A stretch of DNA of 64,000 nucleotides from Takakia lepidozioides (Eukaryota > Plantae > Bryophyta). The stretch is from assembly GCA_030704615.1 (NCBI GenBank), contig CM060734.1, positions 43,710,001 to 43,774,000 of the forward strand, given 5' to 3'. The notes below the pieces were generated by a model. It saw only the letters and a list, made by a program, of their open reading frames with translations. It searched no databases and was not told the DNA's origin. Position 1 is the stretch's first letter. The number at the start of each line of letters is the position of its first letter. The translations under genes and the position numbers were made by a program. Shown piece by piece: positions 52,274-63,329 of this stretch.

Positions 52274-55000
52274 TTGAGCAGGTCATTCACAGAGGAGATC
52301 CTGAAAGCTTTGAGGGGAGAGGATGTCGCTTGGGCGGAGTTAATGTACAATGGACTGGTGGACGAGATGAAGAGGTTACAGGGCACTGCTGCTAAGTCTC
52401 CGATCATTGTATCTGGTCCAGTCATTGCCCAAATCATTCTTGATTCTTGCATACTTGATACTCAGGAACGTAAGGAGTTGAGAGTGTTTGAGGCAGTAAC
52501 CACTGCAATTGAAGAGCAGGACTCTTCACATAGTGAGGGTGGACTGGCAGGGCAACACCAGTCTAAGAGACAGAAGCGGGGTATGACTGTAGTGGCGGAT
52601 CCACTGGCTTCACGGAAACCGCAAGATAATATTTCCCAAGCTCTTGTGCAGGATGGGGCACAGCAACACAGAGAGCTATTATTATTGGAAGCACGGCCTT
52701 CGGAGAGGGAAGAGGAAGTCACTTCGATACCACAGCCACCACAACCAGTTGACTCAGTTGTTTAAGAGGTTCCACAGTTAGAATATGCTGTGACACAACC
52801 CCAAATTGCTCTGGACGGTGAAAGGTTGGACATTCCCACTACAGAGCAGGTCGTGGCCGAAATTGAGAAGGGTGACCTTCTCTATGAAAACTCTGGCTTG
52901 GTCAGGGAATCAGTGGTTCCAGAGGTGCAGCGCTTGTCCAGGGAAAACCCTGCTGTACATGTAATACCCACACCTGTGACGGAGGTACCAGGGGTAGAAT
53001 ATAAGGACACTGCAACACCTGTGGAGGATGAGATGGTTCAGAAAGAGAATCTGGTGGGGCAATGGCCTGAATGGTTGGTGAGGCATCACACTGTGGAGGA
53101 TCAGGGAGAACAACAGCAAGTTCACCATGATGACCCTCAGCAGGTCATGCTTATAAGTTCCATAAGCAGGACACTTAATTTGTTGGGCTACGTGAAATCC
53201 CATGTTTCATCTACCCAATTGGCAGCTTTGATGGAGGAACTCAGGAAGAAGTTTGAGGCTCGAATTGCCACTGAGTGTGCTAACAAAGTAGATGAGGAGG
53301 TCAATCTAAAGTTACAGCAAGAGTTAGAGGACACAAAGGCTGCTTTGCAGTTGGCCAAGGGACATTTGATTGAAGCAGGCCTCGAGCAGGACCAGTTGCA
53401 TGAAGCACATAAGCAACAGTTATACCAAATGCAGATGAAGCATGAGGGCAAGTTGCAAGAAGTGAATGTACTACATACAGAGTTGGAGGCAGTACATGAG
53501 AAGATGACCATACAATATGCTACACTCACAACTACTCTTGAGCAAACTGCATTAGAAGTTAACAGACAAGAGGAGAGATGTATGAGGGCAGAAGCTGAGA
53601 TAATAGAGCAAACGAAACTCATTGTTGATATGAAGAATACAATTTGTTGCAATGAGAATACTTTCAAACAATACAGACAGGTTGAGGCTGACCAGGAGAG
53701 GTACATACTGGAGTTGCAACAGACAGTCATGGTCAATAGAAATGAACTTTCTGTGGCTAACAAGACTTGGAAGGAAGCCAATAATCTGGCTGCTGCCTAT
53801 GCGGGTCTGGTTGAACCTCATGCGAAGAGCATGGAGGCTTTACAGCAGCAGTTAGATGTGTACAGACTCACGGAGGAGCAGACTCTTAGGGGTGCCACAC
53901 ACGACTTGGTGAATAACCACCTTGCAGGTCTGGTTAGCACAAGGGCCGGTAGAAGGCAAAGCACCACGAAAGCTCATCCAGGGCGAGATGAATGAGCTCA
54001 GATTGCAGGTGCAAAACATTCCCACAACTACTATAGACAATGTCTATAGTAGAATAGCGGAGCTACAGGAGGATGTGAAAGGTCTGCAGACTCAAGTAGA
54101 TGACCTGAGTTCAAATATTGACAAGAGAGTCTTTGTTCCTGAGGAGCAGCTCATGGCTACTTATTTACATGCCAGGACTCTAATTTTTCAATCGTCTTCG
54201 CAGGGGGTGCAGGAGATGCTGGTACAGGAGATGCCAGTGGTAGAAAGACCAGTGGTACCAATACCACAGCAGGCGGCTGTGCAGGTAGCTGACCCTGTTG
54301 TTACTACAGCCACACCACAGCCTGAGGTATGGGGGGATGCTACTTTTAACCCACCTAAGACTCCTGCTGCATGGGAGTACAGTCGGGCTATGATTATGCC
54401 CTTCAACCACATTCCCATTGTGCTGGATTTGGCTTGGAAGGAATTTAGTCCTCCGCAGTCGTTGGCACATTACTACCAGATCATACGCATTTGGTTGTCG
54501 GTGGCAACTCGGACTAAGGTTCTTCCGAACAATCGACCCATTGAGGATCATCATTTTGTCAGGTACTGGACTGAGGCAGATACCATGCTGAAGGAATTAA
54601 TTGCCTTCCAGGTTGTACATGGGTACATCTATACCAAGACCAAGGAGGTATCTAGTATTGTCATGGGTTGTGGATTATACTATGCTGCTTGTTTTCTGGC
54701 ACGCTATCACATTGAGCAGCAGAAGATGCAATCTCGATTTCTGAGTTATTCCAGTGGGGATCATTGGGTCTTACCTTCAGTGCCACCTCATATGTACCTA
54801 TATGATGCAAAAGTTATGATGTAGAAGGATTCCCAACTTCGTTCATGGTTTCATTCGGCTTGGAACAATTTGACAACACAGAAATTCGGCCCTGAGGATA
54901 TTTTCTTTAAGGGACATGAAGCCTGGACATACTTACACTGTTCCAAAGTCATTGGCACACCTCTCACTTATACGGATAAGGAGTTCAGGGTGTCAAGTTA
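52274..55000 (+). pseudogene. Disrupted ~900-codon intronless ORF with an acidic region, a long coiled coil and an aromatic-rich C-terminal domain; probably a transposon accessory gene
   Basis: ORFs 52274-52765 and 52790-53995 share a frame separated by one TAA. A frameshift near 53930 leads into 53922-54824, and the frame stays open past TAG 54822 to TAA ~55000. No family recognised. Confidence 0.6.
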
Positions 55001-55499
55001 AATAAGCACAGTGTGAAAACAGCTAGAATAAAACTAGTTATTTGTATTTAACACTTGGATTTAGGTCAAGTGTTAAATCAGGTGTCAAGTTTAGTTTGAC
55101 ACCTGGTCCGTCTTATCTTCACGAGAGCGGCAGTCGTGCAGCTCATCTCTCTCGAGTTGAGCCTGCGCGACCGAGCTCCTGCGTGCGTTCAGATCTGAGT
55201 GTACTCATGATGGGAGTGTAGGTTGTTGTGGGGTGGAGTCCCCATAGCTTGGGGTGCCCCTGGCTCGACTACTATTTCAAAGAGTGATGATGGTTTTGGT
55301 TTTCAGGTTTTGTGTCAACAGTGTTTTCTAGTTTTCTTATCACTCGAGAGAGATCACCTGTATCTAGTTTTCTAGTGCTAAGCTAGATGTGACGTTTTTG
55401 TTTTTAAGCACTATTATAATATAGCTTGGTCGCGAGCGCCGGTAGTTAGACTGGCTATGTGTGCCTAGTGGAGCATAACAGAAAGGCAGGAACCACTCG

Positions 55500-55680
55500 A
55501 AGTGTCGCTACAGCAGTTCTAACCTCATGGGAATGTAGCGGGTCCAAGCTTTTTACAACAAGCAAGTGGGCTGGACCTGCTGTTTGGGTCTAAGAAGACT
55601 GGGTCGGCGGATAGGCCTCTATGGTTCCCAGGTGCAAAGGCCCCGTCTTGGGCTGGATGGATCTTTGGTCGGTGACGGTT
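55500..55680 (+). pseudogene. LHCB4: Lhcb4 (CP29) 5' fragment
   Basis: FGSKKTGSADRPLWFPGAKAPSW(frameshift)LDGSLVGD, the characteristic CP29 N-terminal motif. Confidence 0.75.
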
Positions 55681-56100
55681 ACGCTATGGTGAAGTGGCGG
55701 ATATGTGTAGGAACGTCACATGCAAACGAGTGCTTTGAGCGATTTAATCAAAAGATGATGTCTGAGGACATGTGGCACAGGTGTTCTCATCAACTGTGCA
55801 GATTGAGCATCTGACAGTTGTGTTTGGCAGGAGTTCTGATCAGGGGTGAGCATTTGAAGGCAGGTTTGGAAAGGTTATTGATCTGGAACTCATTGAGCCA
55901 GTGAGTTCCGCTTAAAGCCATTTTGCTGGAGGAGATTGCTGATTATTGATGTTCCTGGAGCTTCAGGTGTAGGCCCTGCAATCGCTGGCTAACAAGATTG
56001 ATTTACAAGCAGAATCTGACGGGCAATCTGCCGAGAGCCTCATCTGCTTCTCGGAGGGGTTTCCGTAAAGGCCCGGAGAATTTAATCATACAATGGCAAC

Positions 56101-56373
56101 CTAGGTGAGGTACCGAATCAACTCTGAAGCAGTGGCTATGGCGCCACCAGTGATTGCCGTGCGAATCATCTTGTCGTGATTAAAAGTGATCACGCTTTGT
56201 CACCCTTTCGTTCTTCAACATTGAGAAGGCCTCTAGCAATGTTCCATGAGCAGCTTCCACCCCTCCAATCTTGATGAAGCCGTCCAAAGTGTAGTTCAGA
56301 AAGGATGGCCCAAGTCCACCAGCACATCTATAGTGGGAGAGTCAACTCTCGCTGATAGCCTCGAGTGCGGCAT
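56101..56373 (-). pseudogene. OEP16: OEP16 outer envelope pore protein, intronless and internally deleted copy
   Basis: MPHSRLSARVDSPTIDVLVDLGHPFLNYTLDGFIKIGGV.AAHG.. joined out of frame to HDKMIRTAITGGAIATASELIRYLT*. Confidence 0.8.
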
Positions 56374-56466
56374 TTCGCTCTGCTTTCCTCACACCCAAGT
56401 TCTTTCCTGCATCGGCAACAAATCTCTGCTGTCGCTGACGGATGGAGAGAGACACGGAGAGACGGA

Positions 56467-56655
56467 GATCTCATTGATGGCAAGAATCTGCCCGTGTGAC
56501 CTCTTCACCTTCTTCAACTTCCTGAGGAAGTACCAAAACTTGGACTTTGCCCGCACTTCGTTGGTCGCCCACAACGTCATGCGGTACGCCTTCGGCTGCT
56601 CATCGGTTGGGGTAGGCAGTGCTCGCTCCACCACCTGGTGAAACCAAAAACTCAT
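56467..56655 (-). pseudogene. RPL18A: 60S ribosomal protein L18a N-terminal fragment, intronless
   Basis: [63 protein letters not shown], ending abruptly. Confidence 0.9.
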
Positions 56656-56732
56656 GGCTCCTGCCTGCTCTCTCTCTCGGATCAGCAGAAGCTAGAAGGA
56701 GCGCGAGACGGCCAATGCAGGCGCTGCCGAGT

Positions 56733-57055
56733 CTAAAAGGTAGGCTCATAACCATTGGTTGCAATGGCCAGGATGGCGAAACCAATGGCATGACCCAGAG
56801 CTCCCCAAGCAAGCACATCGACGAGGGTGAAACCAGCGGGGTCATTCGTCTTCAAAAAGCCAACGACCTCCTGTGCCCGGCTATCACCGGCCTCGAAGTG
56901 AGTAACGCCATTTGTACAGGGAGTCCTTGCCTTGCAACATTGTCTCTCTGGAAGGGGAGGAACACAAATCGTCCCAGAAACAGAAGAGCTCCGGTGCTCA
57001 AGGAGATCACAACCGCGGCTCACATGCGAAATTGACCTGCTCTTGAGATCGCCCA
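56733..57055 (-). pseudogene. PSAG: Photosystem I subunit G fragment (mature part, one frameshift)
   Basis: [35 protein letters not shown](frameshift)[41 protein letters not shown]...NGYEPTF*. Confidence 0.9.
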
Positions 57056-57058
57056 AAG

Positions 57059-57335
57059 AAGTGTAGCGAAGGGATAGCTGGCAGTTTCAGGGCGCGCAGC
57101 ACTGATGGCACTCAAAGTGTGCTCTTGCTAGCATTTGGAACGCTCTTTATGCCCACATCTACAACCAGCTTCAGCTCCCAGTCCACCCACATTTCTGCAC
57201 CCTCCTCGCCATTTTCGGCCATCTGAGGAGCCTTGTTGCGCCCAGTCCTAAAGGTAGTGTTGCCTCGTCCACCCTAACCTCCCGACAGCAGCAGCTCCTG
57301 CTTCCATGGAGTTCCAGCAAAACATCGCCATTCCT
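57059..57335 (-). pseudogene. Obg-family (chloroplast ObgC-like) GTPase internal fragment
   Basis: [55 protein letters not shown](frameshift)[18 protein letters not shown]: end of the Obg fold plus G1/G2 motifs. Confidence 0.85.
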
Positions 57336-59003
57336 TCCGTCTTCCAAACGCCGTGGCCTCTGTGTTGACATTGGCTTCACCTGCTTTAACCTTGAAAAAA
57401 AAAAAAAAAAAACTATTATGAAGGTTTGAAGAAGGAGTCCAAGGAATTCTTAGGGAACCTGCAGTGAATCCCAACAGACGTGGGAACAGTATTTAATGGT
57501 GAGAACGTTTTTGAAAAAAAAAAAAAAAAAAAAAAACCTTTTGATCTAATTTAAAGGATTCAGAGCCTGGTTGGTCATATCTTTGTCAAATGAGCTCCGT
57601 TTGACTCAATTTTGAGGGGATAGCTGCAGAAAGGGGAAATCTACCTATCTAGACTGGTTTTTGTTTTGGGACTCTGCTAAAAATCTATGGAATTTTTAGA
57701 GTGTGAGTGTGCCATGAAAGATCCACAATCCTGTTCTAGAACCTGTGCTGGTCTATATGAGAGACAAATTGGTGGATGTACTCCTTGCATGGCTGGGGGA
57801 AATGAGGACGTAATTGAAGGGCAGGTCTCTTCTCTTAGTCTGTGCACACAAGGGGACAGGATTTATGTTTCCCAAGGAACTCAGACTGATTTGAGTGGAG
57901 AACAGTTGGACGAGTTGATTGCATACTGGGAGTCAGGCATTAGCAGTAGACAACAGACTGCTGTAGTTGGCATTGAGGGCCTCAATATCGCCTTGGACAG
58001 TCAGAACTCTGTTGGAGCCAGCAGTTCTGCAGCTGTAGGTGAAATACCAAAGTGGGTGAAAGCTAGGCTTGGAAACACAGCCAAAGACAGCCCCGGGGAC
58101 CAAGGTGTTTAGCCACAAGGCCGTGGTGTACTGGAGCAGAGGAGCAGGAGCTACACAAGTTTGTGCAATCAGACATGGTTGCAGCCGGATACGCTCTGCA
58201 CAGGCAACCACGAGCGGGGGTTCATCAGCAATGACATGTTTGTTGTGCGTGAAGGAGATGCAGTCATTCGCAATGAGGACACCCCCGCAACCGTCTCAAA
58301 GCTTTCGAGTTGAGAGACTATCAGACCCTACCTTTGTTCTTTAGTGTTCAGTGAGCGGGAGATAGGGAGTATTGCTTTGTCTCTACCTGGCAGAAAGAGG
58401 AGGAGGGTTGGTTAGAGCGAGCTACTGTAGCTTGGGACAAGGTTAGTGGCAGGTTTCTGGACATAGATATACCTCCTACACCTTACCATCACGCAGAGCG
58501 AGGCACTTTGAGAAGTCTGGAAGTTGATAGCATAGATCAGGATTAGATCTTGCTTGGGCGGGCTTCTATTCTTCCCCTCCATCTCTGTACTATTTTCATT
58601 ACCTTGTACTTGTAGTTGCCAAAGCCTCTCTTGGTGGAGGCCAGTCAGTCCGGGGTTTTGGGCTGGGATATTCTGCAGGATCAGCATTGCAGCTGGATTT
58701 GGGTGGGGGGGTGTTGATGTTTTGATTTCTTGTGTTTGGATCCCCCCCAACACCTGCATGCTTGACTGTGCGCCATGTTGGTTTTGTGTGGGCGCTTGCT
58801 TTCATAGGGATTAGGCCGGATTTGATCACCGGTCAATCCTAGAGTATGCTGTCGGTGGTGAGGCTGGAGTGATGACCAGCAAGACCACCAGTGTTTCTTC
58901 TATGGTGAGGCTGGGTTGATGACCAGCCAACCATAGGAGTTCTTGCGGTGGATGCAGGTGCAGGTGCCCTGAGCCATTGGGATATGACCCTTAAACTGCA
59001 ACA

Positions 59004-59017
59004 GGTGCCCACCCGTG
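59004..59017 (+). promoter_or_regulatory. Degenerate primer-binding site resembling the complement of the tRNA-Lys 3' end
   Basis: GGTGCCCACCCGTG resembles TGGCGCCCACCGTG; it lies directly after a CA dinucleotide and upstream of gag. Confidence 0.45.
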
Positions 59018-59270
59018 TCACTATTAGATTAGTACTAGAGCCTTATAGTGTCACGTGGAGGAGGTGCACATTGTGAGTGTCATTACGGAGTTACCCAAGG
59101 GTTTTGAGGGGAGTACGGCTACAGGCAGTAACAGTGAGAGTGGGTTCACAAGACGAGGTATTCGGTTCAGACCACCTTCACCGCCACCCTCAATTACTGT
59201 AGAGTCAGACACAGACTCGGAGGCTTCATCAACAGGTGTGCACTTTCATTCGCCATTGTTGTGGGACGAC

Positions 59271-60560
59271 ATGGAGGAGATGTATGGAGCTACCAAGGGG
59301 CCTCGTAGGTACTCTGGAGCTGTGGGCACAATCGAGTTGGATGACTTTATCCAGGAGTTCGACAGCTGGTGTGATTTGCAGCAGATGCGCAATCCACAGC
59401 TATTCACCCCATTCATGGCGTGGAAGGGACTGTTCCAGCATTTGGAAGGCCCGCCTATGGACGATTACCACGAGTTCAGGCGAGGACATGAAGCAGATTG
59501 AGGAGTGGAGGATGTATTGGTCACCTGACTACGTCTCCATTACTCGAGGCACGACGCGACCAGTAGCTGCATCAGTACCAATAGCTCCCACTGCCAGCAC
59601 TAGTAGTGGAGCAAGTAGTGCTGGTACTTCTGCAGGTGGTACCAGTTCAAAAGGTGCTACTACTCCTCCTGCCACGACTACAACACATGTGCCTAGATTC
59701 AACCCGGTGGTGGAGTTCTTCCAGGAGTTGCGGAGGAACTACCAAGGTGTACGGACAGAGAAGCTGCGAAGTTTGCAAGACTTCCAGCGCAAACCCAGTG
59801 AGAGCCTGCGAGAGGCGTACACTCGTATGAGGCGCTTGATAAGTGTGACCCAAGGGGTTACTGAAGCTCAGGCAATCCAGTTTTGGTATGGAATTCTGGA
59901 CAAGGAGCTCAAGAGAAGGGTGCGAGATGCAACCCTGTTACAAGCAGCCCAACCCACATTAGCAGATGTGTTTGCTGCTGGCTGAGCGGATTGAGCTCAA
60001 CATGGTGGAGGAGCGAGTTGTTACCATTGGATTTGGCAAGGACATGCCTGCACGAGGCGCAGCTGTCAGCCCACAGGCACAAGGACTGCCCACAGCGTGG
60101 TCAGGGGGGCAAGGTTTCCCAACCCAAGTTCCATGGAGCTTACAGGGGACCTCAGGTGCAGAGGCCCGTGGCATCTTTTGCAGGCCAACAGCAACCAGGG
60201 GTGATATGTTGGACATGTGGAGGACCCCATGTCAAGAGAGATTGCCCAGAGAGTGGCAGAAGGCCGGCACAAGCACAGCCTGCACAGTTGCAGTGTGGGC
60301 ATTGTGGCAAGTATGGGCATGGAGATGCCCAGTGTTATGACTTGCATCCTGAGTTGCGCCCAGGCCAGTTCCAAGGGAACAATGGTGGCCCGGGGGCGAG
60401 GTGGACCAGCCCAGAGAGGACGAGGTGGTCGGGCACGAGGTGCAGGCCAAGGGCAAGCTCAACATGGCCAAGGACGCGGAGGTCAGGGTGTTGACCAAGG
60501 CATGGCCAACCGGCTTCAGCAGCTAGAGCAGAGGCTCGCTGCCATGGCTATAGCTCAGGC
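59271..60560 (+). pseudogene. gag region of the gypsy element
   Basis: LDDFIQEFDSWCD, KLRSLQDFQRKPSESLREAYTRMRRL, knuckles CWTCGGPHVKRDC and CGHCGKYGHGDAQC, and RGG-rich tail; several frameshifts. Confidence 0.85.
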
Positions 60561-61179
60561 GGTACCGGCTCCCAGGCGGATGGTCCACCTCCTGCTCCTG
60601 AGGGAGGAGATATGGGAGGCATGGGATTATGTGCGGAGCAGCACTACCACTAGAGCAGGTGGAGTCTGCTGCAGCCGTGACTCGAGGAGCAGCACGAGTT
60701 CCTGAGCCACGAGGTGCAGAGGTGGAATTGGATCCACAGCGGGGAGGCAAGCCGTCAGGCGAGGCTTCCTCAGTCATTCACATTGGCGGAGACTGTAACG
60801 CCATCCATGGCACCTAGTTCTCGCCCGACTGTTACCGAGGCGGAGGTTACTATGCCATTGGGGAGAGCTACACGTGCAGCATTGACTCCTGCTGCCAAGG
60901 CTAGTGCGGCCGGTGTGTTATTGGGGGCAGCCACCTCTGTGTGTCAGCCCCACTGTTCTCGGCAACATGATTGCGACGCCGGGGGTAAGACCAGCTGCAG
61001 TGTTCAGACTAGCAGCAACACTCTGTGAGAGTGGGGAGGTCACTTCATCTTCTGCGGAGTTAGTGGAAGGTGTAGTGGCAGAGGGATCCTCGGATTTGAG
61101 GGTCAAGACTGCTGCGCCCTGGCAAAGCTGCCAGGTGACGGAGCTGCCAGCTAGGCCAGCCTTTGAGCGCGCCATGGTG

Positions 61180-61530
61180 ACACCTGGAGTTGTCTTGTTA
61201 GACAACCAGGGAGGCATTTTCACTTTGAGTGGACCGGCAGGCAAGAAGTACCGGCCACTGCGGGTCTTGTTGGACTCGGGAGCTCAGCCACTGATGTTGG
61301 GCAGAGCTGCTATTGCAGGTTTGGGCCTCATGGAGGCGGATATGGAGCCTTCCTTTCCAGATACAGACATCTCTGGGAGGATCAGAGCAGGCTCGGGCAT
61401 GACACGGCATCAGTTGGCCATTAGACTGCAGCCGGATCATCCTAGATGGCTCAGTGATGCGAGCCAAGGCCATTGTGACAGACGCGGTCTCTTACGATGT
61501 CCTCGTTGGTGGGGCAGTGTTTATACCCCA
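61180..61530 (+). pseudogene. Retroviral-type aspartic protease domain
   Basis: RVLLDSGAQPLMLG active-site motif and downstream YDVLVGG. Confidence 0.8.
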
Positions 61531-61974
61531 TGGGCTTCACCCTGGACTTTTGGGAGGAGTCAGCATCCTACAGGCCTGGATGGCAGTCAGGGATGGTCGC
61601 CGTGCACAGCTCCCTGTGACATTCATTGGGGGTATTGCGGCTGCCCAGCGGGGCAAGATGCCAACACTAGCCGCCTTTACAGCTGCAGTTAGTTGGCCTG
61701 GAGAGTTGCTGGAAGGCAATGCCCATGCAGAGGATGTGCCACCTCCAGCAGAGCAGGATGACATGCATGGTATGGCGGAGTTGCCTGCCATGGTTGCTCA
61801 CACTCCATTGTGGGGTACGAGCAAGGATTTGCAGCAGGTTGCTGATCGACGGGTGCAACAAGCCTGGGTAGAGGCTTTTGTACCGTCAGGAGAGGAGGAG
61901 AGTGCGGGTATTGCACCAGGACCACCTCAGTTGTCGCCATTGGACACCACACCTCTTGTGTGGCAGCGGCCGGA

Positions 61975-62905
61975 TGAAGGCATTTGCCTTCTGGACTTGT
62001 TTGGCGGGATCAGCACGGATTGGCTGTGTGCTACAGGCAGGTGTACGAGTTCGACGTTACCTGTATGTGGAGAGGGATGAGACATGCACGACGCGTCTCA
62101 CTGCGCCATGTGCTCAGATGGTGTAGCAGCACCCTGAGTTGTTGCCGGTGTCTGCAGTTCGTGGATATCAGCAGGCCTTGCCAGCAGACATTGCGTTGCT
62201 GGGGGCGTAGGATTTGGAGCGGGTGGCTCCATTGATCTGGTAGTGGCAGGTTGGCCCGCCAAGGGCATTCATCAGCCGGGCATGGCAATGGATTGCGAGA
62301 CTCGAGGACGGGTCTGTTTTGAGATGGTGCGGATTTTGCGCCACTTGCAGCCTTCATCAGGCTGTATCTCCGCATACATCTTGGAGAATGTGCCACTGAT
62401 GGGTGATTCTCGGGCCAGGGTGATGGCCAGTGTGCATCAAGTCCGGTCGTGGCTTGGGTCAGCAGTGTTGCTGGATGCAGCTGCAGTGGATCACGGGCTC
62501 ATCGTCCACGGCTTTGGTGGACTAACTTGATGCCACCCGCACTGCTCAAGCGTGCATTGATGGGTTGCAGCGCCCAGCACACCTCACCGTGGATGGCATT
62601 TTGGACACAGGGAGGCAGTCTCACGTGTGAGACATAATGACCGTTCGCCGTGGCAGTGGTCAACAGGATGGGTCACCCACGAGCAGCATTACCTACATTG
62701 CTCAGCTTCCCAGGCTCCCATGCTTTTCGGGATGGTGACTGGCCTCCTGTGGGATGCTCAGTTGCAGCAGTTAGTGGAGCCTATGCCGACGAGCGAGAGC
62801 GGGCTATGGGGGTTTTCCCACTGGGACCACGGCGGTGCCTTCTCTTTCTGAGGCATCACGTCGTCAGGTGTTGGGGCAAGCCATGGATCTCAATTGCTTG
62901 ACCTG
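61975..62905 (+). pseudogene. C5-cytosine DNA methyltransferase domain embedded in pol
   Basis: Motifs in canonical order across frameshifts: I LLDLFGGIST (61991), II YLYVERD, III LPADI, IV IDLVVAGWP[C]QGHSSAG (62231), V GLRDSRTGLF, VI YILENV (62378), VII LLDAA, VIII SRAHRPRLWWTN (62490), IX ERERAMGFP.GTT (62790), X RQVLGQAMD (62862). Confidence 0.9.
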
Positions 62906-63329
62906 GATGTCAGCTTGGCTATGGCTGAGCACGGAGTGCGGAGTACACTTCCCTTGACGGTCTCTCTGCCTACCGAGACGGTACAGGCAGCGAGTGGGGG
63001 CGAGCCGGTGAGGACCACGGGTGTAAACATCCATGGCACACGTGGGAGGTTGCTCGAGGTTCAGAGGGAGTTGGCAGCGAAGGCAGCTGTGATGGATCAG
63101 ATTGGGGATCTTCTCGGGATGAGGAGGTCTCAATGATGAGATGATGGGGCAGGATGAGGCCTTGTCATTGACTGAGCAGGAAGGGAGTACTGCTCAAGAG
63201 GTTGCAGCATAGCAACCACGGGACGCGTCCTCTACCTCTAAGCCCACTGGACTTAAGGTTGCAGTTACGGAGGACAATTGGGAGCCTGACATTGGACCCA
63301 TTGTCACTGGAGAAGAGAGACGACGTATA

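Noticed and set aside
55046-55078. Bacterial dif/Xer site
   Set aside because: Only the TGTTAAAT end matches, the spacer length is wrong, and no recombinase or bacterial context is present.
57394-57412. Poly-A as the tail of the chimeric retrocopy
   Set aside because: Wrong strand and wrong end: the fragments are sense on the minus strand, so their tail would appear as poly-T at the left end, where none is seen.
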